Source: Daphnia carinata
Lineage: Eukaryota
Assembly (NCBI RefSeq): GCF_022539665.2
Contig: NC_081331.1
Location: forward strand, 186,001-250,000
Reading direction: 5' to 3'
DNA: 64,000 bases
Made by a program: the position numbers and the translations under genes. Numbering within the stretch: position 1 is the first letter of the stretch; every line of letters begins with the position of its first letter. Below, one piece after another: positions 26,801-39,900 of the stretch. The notes below the pieces were generated by a model. That model did not search any database, was not told the origin of the DNA, and was given only the letters and a program-made list of their open reading frames with translations.

Positions 26801-28830
26801 GTACATAGGCAGTGCATAGGGGCGATTGCAACATGTCGATGGGACATTTGGAATCAACGTGACCCCTAGCACCTCAGAGAGAGCCGACACGACGGGGGGG
26901 GCCATGTGCCTGCTCTCTTCTGGGGGCCTTTCCTTCACCATCTCGACCGCCATCACTACTACCACCTTCTCCCATCCATCTGCCAATAATACGCACGTCT
27001 GTCGGCGAGGGAATTCTCTTTCTTTTTGTTTAAAAAGAAACTAAAGAAAAAGAAATTCATTCTACAAGAATAGAAAGAAAAAAAAAAATAAAAAAAAAGC
27101 TTTATACACACAAGAAATAAAGAGACGACGTGGACATTGTACATCGTTCCTGTTTCTACGAAGAAACATTTGAAAAGAAAAAAAACGGACTTGACGCTAT
27201 TGAATAAGGACGACATTTATCGATTCGTCGAATCGTGAGTCTAGCGCAGCGTGTTTAAATAAAAACGGCGTTAACGAGCGTTTGATTTGTTCTTCACGAT
27301 TGATCGATTCCCAGAAGGTGTTTTCGTACGCACGCTGTAAAGAGGATTCAATTCAAAATGAAAGAACGTAATGAGACTTGAACAGATCCATCAATAAGAA
27401 ACGCCGACATAATCTCTTTTCTAGAGAAGAAAATGAGGTTCTTGTGGTTTTTTTTTTTTCCGTTTCCTATTTTAGATGGCTTTTGTTTTCATTTGAAAAC
27501 AAAAGAAAAAGAGGAAGACGAATGACCCCAAGAAAAATGACCATCCAACGGTTAATCCGCCAAAACAAGCCGCCTCCTTTGCAAAACGCATAGGATTTAT
27601 GTTGTCTTTTTTTTTTTTTTGATACGAGTACAAGTTTTCTACAGAGACGAGCAGCAGCAGCAGCTTATCAATCTATACGAGGATCAAATGTCGGTCTCTG
27701 ATACAATTCTTCGACGGAACAAAGTGAACATCTACAGGACCCGATGAAACCAACGGGGGGAGACCCTTTTGTTTAGTAAATTTTCTTTCACTCGATGAGA
27801 TTAATCCGGACAGACTCTCTCTCTCTCCCTACATAGATCCAACAGGTACACAGTTTACCCTCGTTCTATGAGGGGGGTGTTTGACCATTGCCCAACATTC
27901 CTGAACTGTCAGTCGCGCTTGTTTCTTTTTCCAACATATTCTCTTTTGTGTCAACCATTCCCCTGGACTGTGGGTTGCCCATCAGCAAAAAAAGACACAC
28001 GGATCCAACGCGTAAATTTTTAACTCTGTACATCCAGATGACACGGCGAGGGAAAAAAGGAGAAACCCCGTCATGTCCCTCTCTCTCTCGAGAGAGACTC
28101 TTCTTCTTCACCAGAAATCCAACCAAATTTTTAGAAATTTTGATTCGAAAAGAAAATGTCAATCAAATTATTTTTAGCTTTTTTGCGTAATATTTAGAAA
28201 ATGCCACATTTTATAGATTGGAACAACAATGTGGCATCGACTGTGAAAAGGCCGATGATCTCAATGTAATTGAAAAGATGGAAATGAGCCGGACCAAAAG
28301 TCATCAAACGTCCGAGTGGGAATATACATCAAAGAGGAGGAGGAGGGATCTCGACCCGAGAGCTGATCTAGAGGCGAGGCTTATTGACAAAAGGTGAAGA
28401 AAAAAAATAAAAAGTGGGGGTCCATATCTTTGACTCTTGTGGAGGAATGATATAGGGCGATAGGGAAAAAAAAAAAAAAAAAAAAATAGGAGCCTAAACG
28501 TTTTCCCTCCTTCCAGCAGCCATCCTCTTTCAGGCCGACCCAACTACATGGGCTGCTGCTATACACCTCCTCTCTACCTATCGAGAGACCATTCAAAATG
28601 GTTGGAAGGCGTGTCATCGAACAGCGTTTTTTTTTTTTTTTTTTCTCTCTAGTTTACTTTATTTTTTGCTCTGGTTCCAGAGTACATCAAGTCAGTGTCA
28701 ACCTCTCGAAAAGATCAGTTGCTCTTCGACCTTCCAAGTGCTCACTTCAAATTAAAAAAGAACAAGATAGTTTCCCTCCATTTTTTCAAAAGTTTGTTTC
28801 CCCCCCCCCGCAAAAAAAGGAACATTGACC

Positions 28831-30377
28831 ATGACTTCCATCCTACCAAACACCATCGGCTTTGCCCACCATCATCACCAGTACCCGGTAAGTTTAAACA
28901 AATCCCATTAAGAAAAGAAAAGAACAAAAGACTAACTGTTTCGTTTTTTGTTTTGTTTTTAAGACATCGGCTCCAATACCAATGATGCAGCATCACCCGT
29001 GCAATCGGTTCGGATTCGGCCTCAATGCTCACCATCAAGTTCAATCTTATCCGATGCAACATCATCACCACGCTGCCACCACTTACCACCAAAACGGCCA
29101 TCACCACGCGTCCGTCGTGCCAAACTATTCCATCAATGAATCGAACATGGTGCATCATCACAAACCGACAAACCCATGGCCAACGGTGCCCGTTTCGATG
29201 CCGGTCAACGTCTCCCTACCGACACATCAACAGTTTCCAAACAGCAGTGATGCCAACAACAGCACTGTGCCGGCCGTTCGTGACCTCCCGCTAACGCCAC
29301 CCGCTGATCGTGAAACTTCAGTTATGCCCGTAGTTTCGTCGCCCAGTTCCTACTACATGTTGCACGGGCCCCCTTTAGCAGCGTCCACCAGCAGCAGCAA
29401 CAACAACAACAACTTGATGATGGGCAACTACTCGCAATCTCCCGTCGACAAGTCCATGACCCCACCTCAAGATCACACAGTGCACCATCAGAACCTTCAT
29501 CCCAATTTGCACCACATCCACCACGACCAACAACAACAGCCGGAATCGGCCCTTGGATCTTGGTGGTCTAACAGTGCGACCGCATCCAGTTCGGCTGGCC
29601 AGTGCACGGATTACGCCTTCCATCATCACCACCACCATCAAATGTTGGCCGCTCATCAGACCAACAGCCTACACCAATCGCCAGTCACTACACCGTCGTC
29701 CGTGCTGGACACGAGCCGAACATCTTGCGCGTCCACGCCTCAAAACCCGAGCGAATTCCAGCAACGGGTCGCTGCTGCCCTTCTCAAAACTCACGCCACG
29801 TTGGCTTCTCGTCGATGCCGAAGATGCCGCTGCCCAAATTGCCAGGTAAAATTCAATCATTCTAAAACTTTTAGCGCGGAAAAACAAAAGAACTGACAAG
29901 GAATTTCAAAATTTTCAGGACCCTGGAACAGGAGCGACCATCACTGGCCACAACAACAGCCAACATAAGAAAAAACAGCATCTGTGTCACGTTCCCGGCT
30001 GCGGCAAAGTCTACGGAAAGACGTCGCATCTTAAAGCGCACCTGCGCTGGCACGCCGGAGAGCGGCCATTCAGCTGCCAATGGCTTTTCTGCGGCAAGAG
30101 CTTCACCCGCTCCGACGAGCTCCAGCGTCACTTGCGCACTCACACCGGCGAGAAGCGCTTCGCCTGCCCAGTTTGCAACAAGCGTTTCATGCGCTCCGAT
30201 CACCTGTCCAAACACTCCAAGACGCACGAACTTAAACGAACGAGCAAAAGAAACAACGCGGGAGTTTCGCTGTCCAAGTCGACTGAATTGGAAAACGAAC
30301 ACGACGATATCGACATCGAAGACGTCGAGAGTGATGACCTCGCCAGCCCTAAATGGGAGATGCCGAATCACTCTTAA
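28831..30377 (+). CDS. Sp5: Sp5/buttonhead-clade C2H2 zinc-finger transcription factor
   Basis: Exons 28831-28887, 28964-29845, 29919-30377. Btd box [12 protein letters not shown] is followed by three Sp-type fingers ([67 protein letters not shown]). The N-terminal LPLTPPAD and WWS motifs are typical of Sp5. Confidence 0.92.
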
Positions 30378-30493
30378 TCCTGATCGCATCATTTTTATCG
30401 TTTCCCCACAAATTTGCAATTTTTCTTTGTTGTATGTCCATAAATGAAAATTTCGTGTACAGTTCTTTTGTTCTTTGTAAAAATACAAAACGA

Positions 30494-30524
<31 letters not shown>

Positions 30525-31965
30525 AGCTTTCTCTTTAGTCAGAGTGCAATAGGCAACGTCATTTAGAATTCAAAAATGGTTACAAGTAGAGGCTGCCGGA
30601 GTCATAAGGAGTCGCCAAATGAGGCCTCATGAATACGAAATGAGCCATAGATAATTATAGGGTTCACTAGGCAAAGTTTTAGAGTCGATTGCAAGTAAAG
30701 AAAGGTATACATATCAACAGTTTGGGTGAAGACAACGAAGTGATTGAATAGGGGGGTGGAGTTAAAAAGCCATCAAGCCAACAAGAGACCGCCGCTGAAT
30801 TTTTCCTAATATATTTAAACTCATTTCTTTTTTCTTTTTTTTTCTTCTAGTTTGGGCGGAAAGTGTGCCTGCAAAAAAAAAAAAAAAACCAACTAGAGGA
30901 AACAAGAAAACGTTTGCTCGTCTACACATTGATAGGTTTGCACTGGGGGTCAGCCAGTCAGGTGATGATGGAGCGAAAGAGAATTTGAAACGGAAAAACA
31001 TCTCGACACGCGATACAAGTCCGTCGGTCGGCTCGTTTCCATTTTCTTCGTCAAGGAATAAGAAACTTGCAGTCCAGTCTTTGATGGACCTTTTTTTTTT
31101 TTTTGACACAAAGACTGTGCCGCGTTTCGCCAAGACCCCCCATTGAAATCGTTCAAAAGCTAAAAACGAGCTAGGAAAAGGAGAGCTGCTGTGAAGACGA
31201 GACACGGCAAGTTTTAAAAGGCGGGTTGACTTTTTTTTAGTCCGTTCGAAATGGGGAGGGGGGGAGTTAAGAAAGAAGAGCACACAATTCAGTGATGAAT
31301 TTACGGCCTACGAGTCGAAAACTATTGGAATAGGAGACGAGCCGATGCTGGTTTTTCAAATTAACTTTTATTTTTTGGGGGGTTGTTTTATATTGGCGGC
31401 AATATACTAGTTGAAACGATTGCGCATAAGAAATGTAAGGATAATATTCCTGACGAGACTAGAAAAAAAAAATCAATAGAGCTTATTGCCCAATGCAAGT
31501 TTGGACTGGCGCCAGATTCAAAAAAGAAAAAAAAACTTTTGGTCAGCCGTTCGTTTGGCAGGTGGAAATGACAACATGCCTGAAATGAAAAAAAAAAAAA
31601 AAAAAAGTCCAATGGCATACTGCTGAATAGCCACATTTAAACAAAAAATTTGCATCGACATTATACACGTCAACGACTTTGATGGGGAGCCACATGAGCC
31701 AGGCTTCAAAATAAGAATAAAAGCAAAAATGGGGAGAACCACCAGCCATCGCACAATGGGGGGAGGCAACGTTGTTCAAAAAGATATTGTGCAGAATTTT
31801 TTTTTTTTACCCAAGCCTAAAGGCCTCATCACATGTGGGTAATGTGATTTTTGGCTTTCATGTCAGCCAAAATTTGAATGACAGGATTGACGCGCAAAGA
31901 AAACCATATTATTATTTGAAAATCCCCCCTGCATCTTCCTTGATCTTGGAAAGCACGAGCCTTAC

Positions 31966-32947
31966 CTCCCAATCTCGACTTTAAACAGACTGCAGCGAAT
32001 TCGATTATGTTCGCCTGCCATACTGTCTGAATGCCAAATCTCAGAAACTTTCAGTTCTTATGTCCGCAGAAAATGAAAACCCGATTCCGCAAAATAGCCA
32101 AACGTCCGTTGACTAAACTGCGGATTACGTTCAATAAAAGAGGCCTAATTGCCAACCACGATTGGCGATACAAAATGGCACAATCTTCAACAGCAATTGC
32201 ACATGCGAGCAGGATAAATAAGACTTTAAGTAAGTTTGGTCTTACCTTTTGAAGCTCCACGATGCCTCGCAGTGGTTGATGACAGGAAATCTTCGGTTAA
32301 TGGGGTTGCTACGGTCAGTCTCATTGCAGCAAAGCCAGGGTGATTCTAATCGAACCTGTGCAAAAGCAAATGATTACAAAATACTTCGTGGACTGGTGAA
32401 ATTGTGAAATATGCTGAAAGAATACATACTTGTTGAAATCAGATTAAATCTGTTGCTACCTTTTGTTCCTTGCACTTTCCAACTGGTTCCATCCTGAAAA
32501 GATGTCAAATAGCAAATTCTACATTAGCATTTAGAATTTTCTGAAAGTTATGGCATAGAAAAGAAAGGAGTTTAGCAAACATTCTAAAACCAGCATTATC
32601 ATAAACTAAGTAAAACCTGATAAACTTCATTGTCTGCACAAAGAAAATAAAATCATGACCCATTATCAGGAGAATAAAGAAAACGTAAATTGCATATGGT
32701 TTTAGAATGGCGACTTTTGTCGAGTGGTTTTTCATGTCGGAAATGAGGTAGGGTCAGCTTTGGATCACGTGGTCCATCTTGCTTTATGGCTGACGAAGCC
32801 GATCAATTGAAGAAACGACTCGCTTTTTAGTGCTAAGCGAATGGCAGACATTTCAAATGCATTTACCTCGCGATTCCGTGATACGGGAAACGTTGGACCA
32901 TCACGGATCAGAGAAGGAAAGCAGCAACACGATCGTAGGCGCCAACT
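31966..32947 (-). ncRNA. Candidate spliced non-coding (or micropeptide) transcript divergent from ARMC6
   Basis: Inr-like GCAGTT (+1 at 32947) followed by a chain of canonical splice sites: exons ~32947-32867, 32493-32430, 32355-32246, ~31990-31966; donors GTAAAT, GTATGT, GTAAGA, GTAAGG. The ORF from the exon-1 ATG (32901) is only 29 aa. Confidence 0.4.
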
Positions 32948-33257
32948 GCGTAACAAATGACGAAACAAAGAAAATTGTTTCGAAAATTTTCGTACCATTC
33001 CCGTAATTTTTGGATTCAGTGGTTGCCAAATCTGCCAAATCTGTATGAAAAAAAATTGTCAAACGTATTTAATTAAATTTAAAAGACGACCCTAGGTGGC
33101 ACTGAAGCTTCTGTTATGAAAACCTAATCTCAGTAAAATTACATTAGGCGGATGGCGAAACAACTTTAAGCTGCACAAATACTCAAAACATAACTAGGAA
33201 TTTCAAGTGTTACACTACTTCTTTCTCCAAAAACATTTTATTGTATTCTCGTTCGCC

Positions 33258-35405
33258 ATGGTTAAAGTGATAACTCAGGAAACTTTTGATGCAGTCGTCA
33301 AAGAGAATGTTGAAGAGTTTGGTTTAGAATTAGAAGAAGCAAGGAAAGATGCCATAAAACAGTTCATAGCACAAGTATGTTTCATTTTTTTACACATACA
33401 ACATTATGTGCCTCTCATTTTAATTGGAATGCAATGATTTGCAGGGTGTGGATCTCACTAATATTGTCACCGATGGACCTACCGAGGGAGACCAAAATCA
33501 CACGATAGTTGTTGCTCTACAAAATTTATCCAAGTTGTTGGAGAATGCTGTAAGGCAACACATATTTACTTTAGAAGAAACACTGCAATAATTCTGTTTT
33601 AAATGGCAGGCACCCGATGATGCTGAGGTGATGACATTTCTCAAGGAACTGGAAACCCAGTGCAACATTGATTTAGCACATCGCATCATGGCAGAAAAGA
33701 ATGGGGCATTTCCCATAATTGTTCAGTGTTTGAAGCGCTATCAGAATAATTTGTCGTTGAAAGAGCAATGTCTGAAAAGCATGGCATCTCTCATACAGGG
33801 ATATCCAGATTTAGTAACTCATGAAGGTATCGAGCTACTCTGCAACCTTCTGGAAGAGGTATAAAGTCATAAATGACTTCTTGGCTCTGCTGGTGTATAA
33901 ACATCACTTTTACATCCCCCGATTACAGGATTCTTCGTTAACCACTGTCACTTTGGTGCTGAATGTGCTGTGCCACAGTTGTAGGATGCACGAAAATAAT
34001 CGTGAATCGTTTATGGCTAACTTTAAACTGGCAGCTCGAATTCGTAAGCTTCTCGAATCCCCTCCTTCTCGCAACCATGCCGAGGTAAAATGTAAACAAA
34101 CAAAAAAACAAGTTTCATTGTCCAAGTTTACTGTCGAGTTGCTCAAAGAATTTTATGCGTGTACGTCAGTTGAAATAATTTAACCATCTATATGCTCAGG
34201 TGGTCGTTAAATGCTGCCAGCTGATTCGTGCTGTTGTGTCTGATGATGACGTCCGTGTCGAATTTGGACGAGCGCATGAATACGCGTGCATGATAGCAGA
34301 ACAAGAAAACGGACTAGAGCTGCTCACTTCGCTACTAACGGGTAAAAATAATATGAGGATCGCGTCAGAATAATATTGTCTTTGATCGCCCATTTTATAT
34401 ACGTCCCATTTAATATTATGTTGTTATTTATTCTTTTCTTCCAAACTATTTCCAGAGTTCCAAACGGAAAAGACGGTAATCAACGAATTGTTGCCGACTT
34501 TATCGCGTTTGGCGGTTCGCAACGAATTTTGCCAGCGTATCGTTGAATTAGGCGGCCTGCAGTTTGTGATGGACGTCCTAGCCAAATACTACGACGATAA
34601 GGAGCTGGTAGAGAGCAGTTTCTTCCTGATCAAGTCGCTAGCCGGTAACGACGATGTGAAAAGAGAGGTCAGCAAGGGCAATGCCGTCCCGTTGATTGCC
34701 GCAGCGTTGGGTCGGCACAAGGTTATTCTTTTGCTGCCTTTTTTGTTACCTAATTTGGGCATGTTCAACGTCACGAAGTTTTACATGGGAATAAGTGTGG
34801 GTTGCGTTCGGTCACACTTGAATTAGATTTGTAGAGTGAAACACAGTAATTAGCATATGGGAAACCCTTTTTTTTTAGCCGATAGATTTATGACTCTATT
34901 GTAAACAGATTGTACTGATATTCGCTGGCTAATGATGGTATATGGACATTTTGATTAGTGTGTTGCAGCCCTGGCAGAGATGGGCTGTGCCGCTATAGCG
35001 GCGTTATGTCTTAGGACACCTGATAACGCGGCCGCCTTTGTTGCGAATGGTGTCGGACAGCTGGTGGTGGACATTCTGAAAACTCACAAACTGAAAGTGG
35101 GCGTCGAGGTAATAAAAAATTATGAAACATCTTTTTTTTTTTTTTTTTTTACTATCGATTGGCTCGATAAAAAGAAAAACTATAAGTAGAGACAAGCGAG
35201 CATGGCCATCCGGAACATCGTGTCGCGACGGAAAGACTTGACGACCGTCTTCCTAGAGGCTGGCGTTGAGGAATTGCTCCAAACTGCGATGAAACGCACT
35301 CAGCGCGCACCCACCGTCGAGATAAAAGCCGCTTTGCGTGACTTGGGCTGTCACGTCCAGCTGCAGGAACAGTGGACCGGCAAAGGAACTGCCATGACCA
35401 ACTAA
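33258..35405 (+). CDS. ARMC6: Armadillo repeat-containing protein 6
   Basis: Exons 33258-33374, 33445-33549, 33610-33858, 33929-34084, 34200-34341, 34456-34721, 34959-35108, 35190-35405. Motifs ITQETFDAVVKENVEEF, QGVDLTNIV, DDDVRVEFGRAHE, LSRLAVRNEFCQ, LAGNDDVK, KAALRDLGCHVQLQEQWTG. AATAAA at 35451. Confidence 0.93.
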
Positions 35406-38338
35406 AAGAAGAGACAACAACAACAAGAAGAAACGAAAAACAAAACGTCCAATAAAAATCGGTTGTAGATGAAGAAGAGAGATCCATAATTATATCCAAA
35501 CGTTGCATCGAAATGGCGGCTGTAACTACCGGAGCTTTGGTGAAAGAGGAGGAATCAATAATTTATGGAATTCTTTCTGTTCTTCTCCCCCCAAAAAAGA
35601 GTTTTGAATAGTTGTCCCGTTTTGACTCAACTTATGAATATTATATTTAGCCTCTTCATTCACAGGGGGACGCTCGTAACTTGGGCAGTTTGATTGCACA
35701 TGCTAAACGCTTTTTTTTTTCTCGCTTATCGTCTTTAGCGGTTTGCCAGCCAGCTGTGTGTGCCGCTAAAGAAATCAAGTAAAAAAAAATAGAAAATAAA
35801 AGAAGAAGGCCTTTTCTCTCCTACCACACACTTGCAATTGTTTGGTGGAAAAGAGCAAAGATCAAACGGCGAAAAGAAACAAAACAGAACTGGTCTTTTT
35901 CAATGGTTGCGTGCAACCGTCCTGATCGCCCATGGTATGTTTTACCGCTCGTTATTTGCATCTTGCGTTTTTTTTTTTTTCAGCTACCGAAAAGCCAAGC
36001 ACGACGGTGATAATAAATAAAACATTGTGAAATAAAATCTAAAGGAAATGCCTTGATTTTTTTTTTCATGATTCGCATCCGTCAGTGCTGTAAAAATCTG
36101 TAATTTTTGTTTCGTTTTGCGCACACAGCTTTGATGGCTATGCTGATATTAAAGCAGCATATGTAGATATGATGATGAGGAATTTGGCCGTTTCCATATT
36201 CCATCTCTCCTTTCACGCTGGGCAAAAGTTGATGGCCTTTTTTTTTTTTTTTTTTTTCAATCCATAAATATACCCGGAAGCGTGTGCTTCTTTTTCATCT
36301 CGGGTTCAACGTAGGACACGGCCACTTATACGTACACACGTCTCTTGTTTCTTAAATGAATCATTAATGATGTACATTATGGCTCACGGACGGACAGTTT
36401 TTTTTTTCCTATCCTACATCCTCCTTTATTCATTCCTTTTTGTTTTCTTTTGAGTTGATTCGTCAGAGTTATCCGGAGCTTTTGGCCTCCTCAATTTCAG
36501 GCTGCGTGGCTTCCATCATCCGGAAGAACTAACAAACGTCATCGTCTACAGCAGCCAAAAAAAAAAAAAAAAAAGAGTCAACCTTGAAGAGGGGCACGGA
36601 CTTTGTTTTGGCTACTTGCCGCAGATGAAATCCAAACGAAAAATAACGATGGAGTTGTCGTGTCCAGTTTGAAACGAACCTCTCCCTTTTTTTATCGTCG
36701 ATTTGCATGTACCCGCAGAGGGAGGGAAAAATGCGCGTTATCTTACATTCGTCTAATGGATCAAAATCGACACTTTCCCAGTTTGTCCTGTTTTATTTTT
36801 TTTTTCTTATTTCATTAATGTAGACATTTTTTCCTTTTTTTTTTATCTAACTCGTTTGCCTCAAAGCAGTCGGGACTTTTTTTGTTCTGTAGCTGCAGTT
36901 GTTAACTATCCATTTGTTCCGTCTCGTCTTCGCTACGTTGGCCATCCATTGCCGCCAAAAGAAAACGATTCTCAACTGCCGTTCAATCGATGAACGAAGG
37001 GATTAAAAAAAAAAAATAAATAAACAGATTTGTTTTTGAATAAGAAATTGCGATATGCATTACAAAACGTGGGGGTGGGATGAGGGTACCTGTTCGGTTT
37101 TTTTCCAGTAAAGAGCCATCACGGATAGAAAGAAAACCGTAGGCGGTGGTGGTGTGGCCCCTCAGGTACCGCAATGATTGGGTAGAAAAGGGGGTTCTCT
37201 TTTTATATTCAAGTAGATGTTGCTATGTAAGACACAACTGCGCTATCCATGGAAGAAAAAAAAAACAGCTGACTTGTTGCGTGTACTCGGAGAAAGAGAC
37301 GGGTTGGAAGCCATGTTTTTCATTCCTCCTTCTTTCTCCTGTTTTTATTCACCCCTCTTCTCCTATTTTTCTTAGACGTTCCTCTTCTTGAGACGCCTCG
37401 CCCGAGAGCCTTCCACAGTTGTGTTGCAAGTGTGTGCCAGTGCGGTTGGCTTTCTCTCCGTCTCCCGTCTTTTTTTTTTGTGTGTGTTTTGTAAAGGTGC
37501 ACACACACACACACACACAGACATTCCATCGCAAAACGAAAAAGGCAATCCCCTTTTTCTTGTACGTGTTACCTTACGTGTGTGGGGCTTTTAGAATTTT
37601 AACCGGTTTCCGTTCATTTGAATTTCTTCACACTGCTGCTACCTTTGTTGAAATTTTCGGCTTGTTGCACAAGAGTTGTGGCCCGTTTGGTTCATCAAGT
37701 GATTCAAACGCTCGACTCGATGACCATCTGAGAAACATGGAATAAAAAAAAAAAATCGGATTTTGCCAACAACAATAGCAAACGTTTTCACGTGATTCTC
37801 AAGTTCTTTTTCCTACTCACCATGGGTAAGCAAACGACGATATTTTATTTCTAAAACGAAATGATGTGTCTGGTATTTTATTTGTGCATGGCCATTGCGC
37901 AAAATGCGACCACCGTGACGGCCCAAAGAGACGGACAAATAAATGAGAAACGTGAGTCATAGACGCAGACAGAAGTTTTGAAAAATGTGAAACGGGGGGG
38001 TTATTCGCAGCTCAGCTGGACACTCACGCATCAACAGCGTTATACAAGGATGGGCTCAATGAGAAATTAGACAAAATCCGCTGCTCAATGTAAAAACGCG
38101 TTTCTTGTTTACCTGTGCAGCTTTTAACAGCGGGAAGCCGTGACATGCTCGTCAGCAGAAATCCTTTTCACCTGCAGTTCTTTTGTACCTCGCAATGATA
38201 AGCTGCGCTGGTGCTGTACTTGTAACATATAGAAGAGGGCGAGCAAAAAACATTTGTAACCTTGTTGGCATGTTGACGTCATGCGCAAAGAGCAATTATC
38301 CAGAATTGCAAAAGTCTTTCTTTTCATGTTGGCATTGA

Positions 38339-38370
<32 letters not shown>

Positions 38371-39900
38371 ACGCAGTAGACATCACGCGGATGAAACGCA
38401 ATTGGTATGCCCTCCTCGTTGGGTGGCCCCGGCTGGATCTGACCAAATTGGGAAATACAACAACACACACAAAAAAAAGGAAGACTTTTTCGAATTGGAA
38501 ATGTGTTTTTTTTTTTTTTTTTTTTTTCATTTTGATATTCATTTGTTTGCTGCAAGAATGTTGGACGAAAGCACGTTCACTTGTTCAATGTGGGTCGCTT
38601 CACTTTCGTGCTCCATTTCATCGATCGATTAGCCCTCGCTTGACTCGTCTAAAACTAAAATCTAAACGAAGAAATGAAAAGCAACCCTCTTGTATCCGTG
38701 ATGGTGGCCTCCTTTTTCGTTCTTCCCTCTCTCTCTTCAACAGCTTTTTCCCCTCGTTTTCAGGAAAAAAAGAGAAAGAAAAAATGAAAAAGTATTTGGT
38801 TTTTGTGCCCTGAAGCCATGGGGCGAGATAACCTGGCACGAAGCCAGCAGCCGTGAACGACTGGCAAAAGAAAAGAAAAAAAACTACACCCAAATGTTTG
38901 AAATAAGCATGTTGAAGGCCTTTGCTGTTCTCAGCTTATTTTCTTCAAATCTCTTTCTTTTTGGATATTTGTATATCAACGTACAACTGGAGGAATTCAC
39001 GGGAAAACAATTGCCGTGAAACTTGCACGGTACACCTTTGTGAGGCGATTTTCTTTCCTTTCAGAAGAGAAAGTCGGTGTTTATCTCTCGTACGAGATAT
39101 TTTCACTACGTCTCTTCTGTAGAGCGGCTCATTATTCCTCGAGCACCGGTCCAAAGGGCAGGAAACTGGTTTGGGCACAACGAAAAACGACAAAACTCTC
39201 CACTCTCTCTTTTCTTCTTTTCCTTCGCTCAACGAAAACGAAGATACCCCACGTTCTTTTTTTGTTTCATCCTTTTCTTCTCGTTTCGTCCTTGTAAAAA
39301 AAAAAAAAAAAAAAAAAATCAAGACTCTCTATTTCTCGTAGGGCCGTGCCATGTTGATGTGCGCTCCGTACATGGCCCGTCTCTCGTGGCGTCCGACAGT
39401 GCGCCTTTGAATAAAGAGACATTTTTATCGTGCATGACTAGACGCACACCCGCATCTACTCTCCATCAATTTCCACCCATTTTTTTTTTTTTTTTGTTTT
39501 CGATTTGCTTGTCGTCGGATTGAATCGGAAATATCTTCCAACTGTGCCACGACGAATTCGAAATGAGTTGGAAAGTGTTTTTCATTATCGAATTTTTTTT
39601 TTTCTTGTTGTTGTTTTGGCAGGTGCATCGGCAAGTTTGCGGCCTTGATCGAACGCGTTCATCTTGAGAAAAAAAAGGGACGTTGTCATTGTGAATTGTC
39701 AAACGGCTGACAAATAGCAACAGGAGCAGCCAAGAATTCATCATCGGCGCATTTTTCGTTCTGCAGCGTCATCGACACACCTTTTGCATTTCACCTTGAA
39801 AAACAATTCTGGCCAAAAAACGGCGTCGTCCAGCAGCTTGTACACGTTTCGACGACTCGGACCTCGGAGCGAGATGTCTCGCTTTAGTGAAGTGGGTTCC

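Noticed and set aside
29871..30488. 205-aa antisense ORF over the Sp5 zinc fingers
   Set aside because: Typical antisense shadow of a GC3-rich C2H2 coding region.
32023..32052. GAAAGTTTCTGAGA and ATTCAGACAG resembling RNase P RNA CR-I and CR-V
   Set aside because: The two motifs are only a few nucleotides apart, whereas in RNase P RNA they are separated by most of the molecule.
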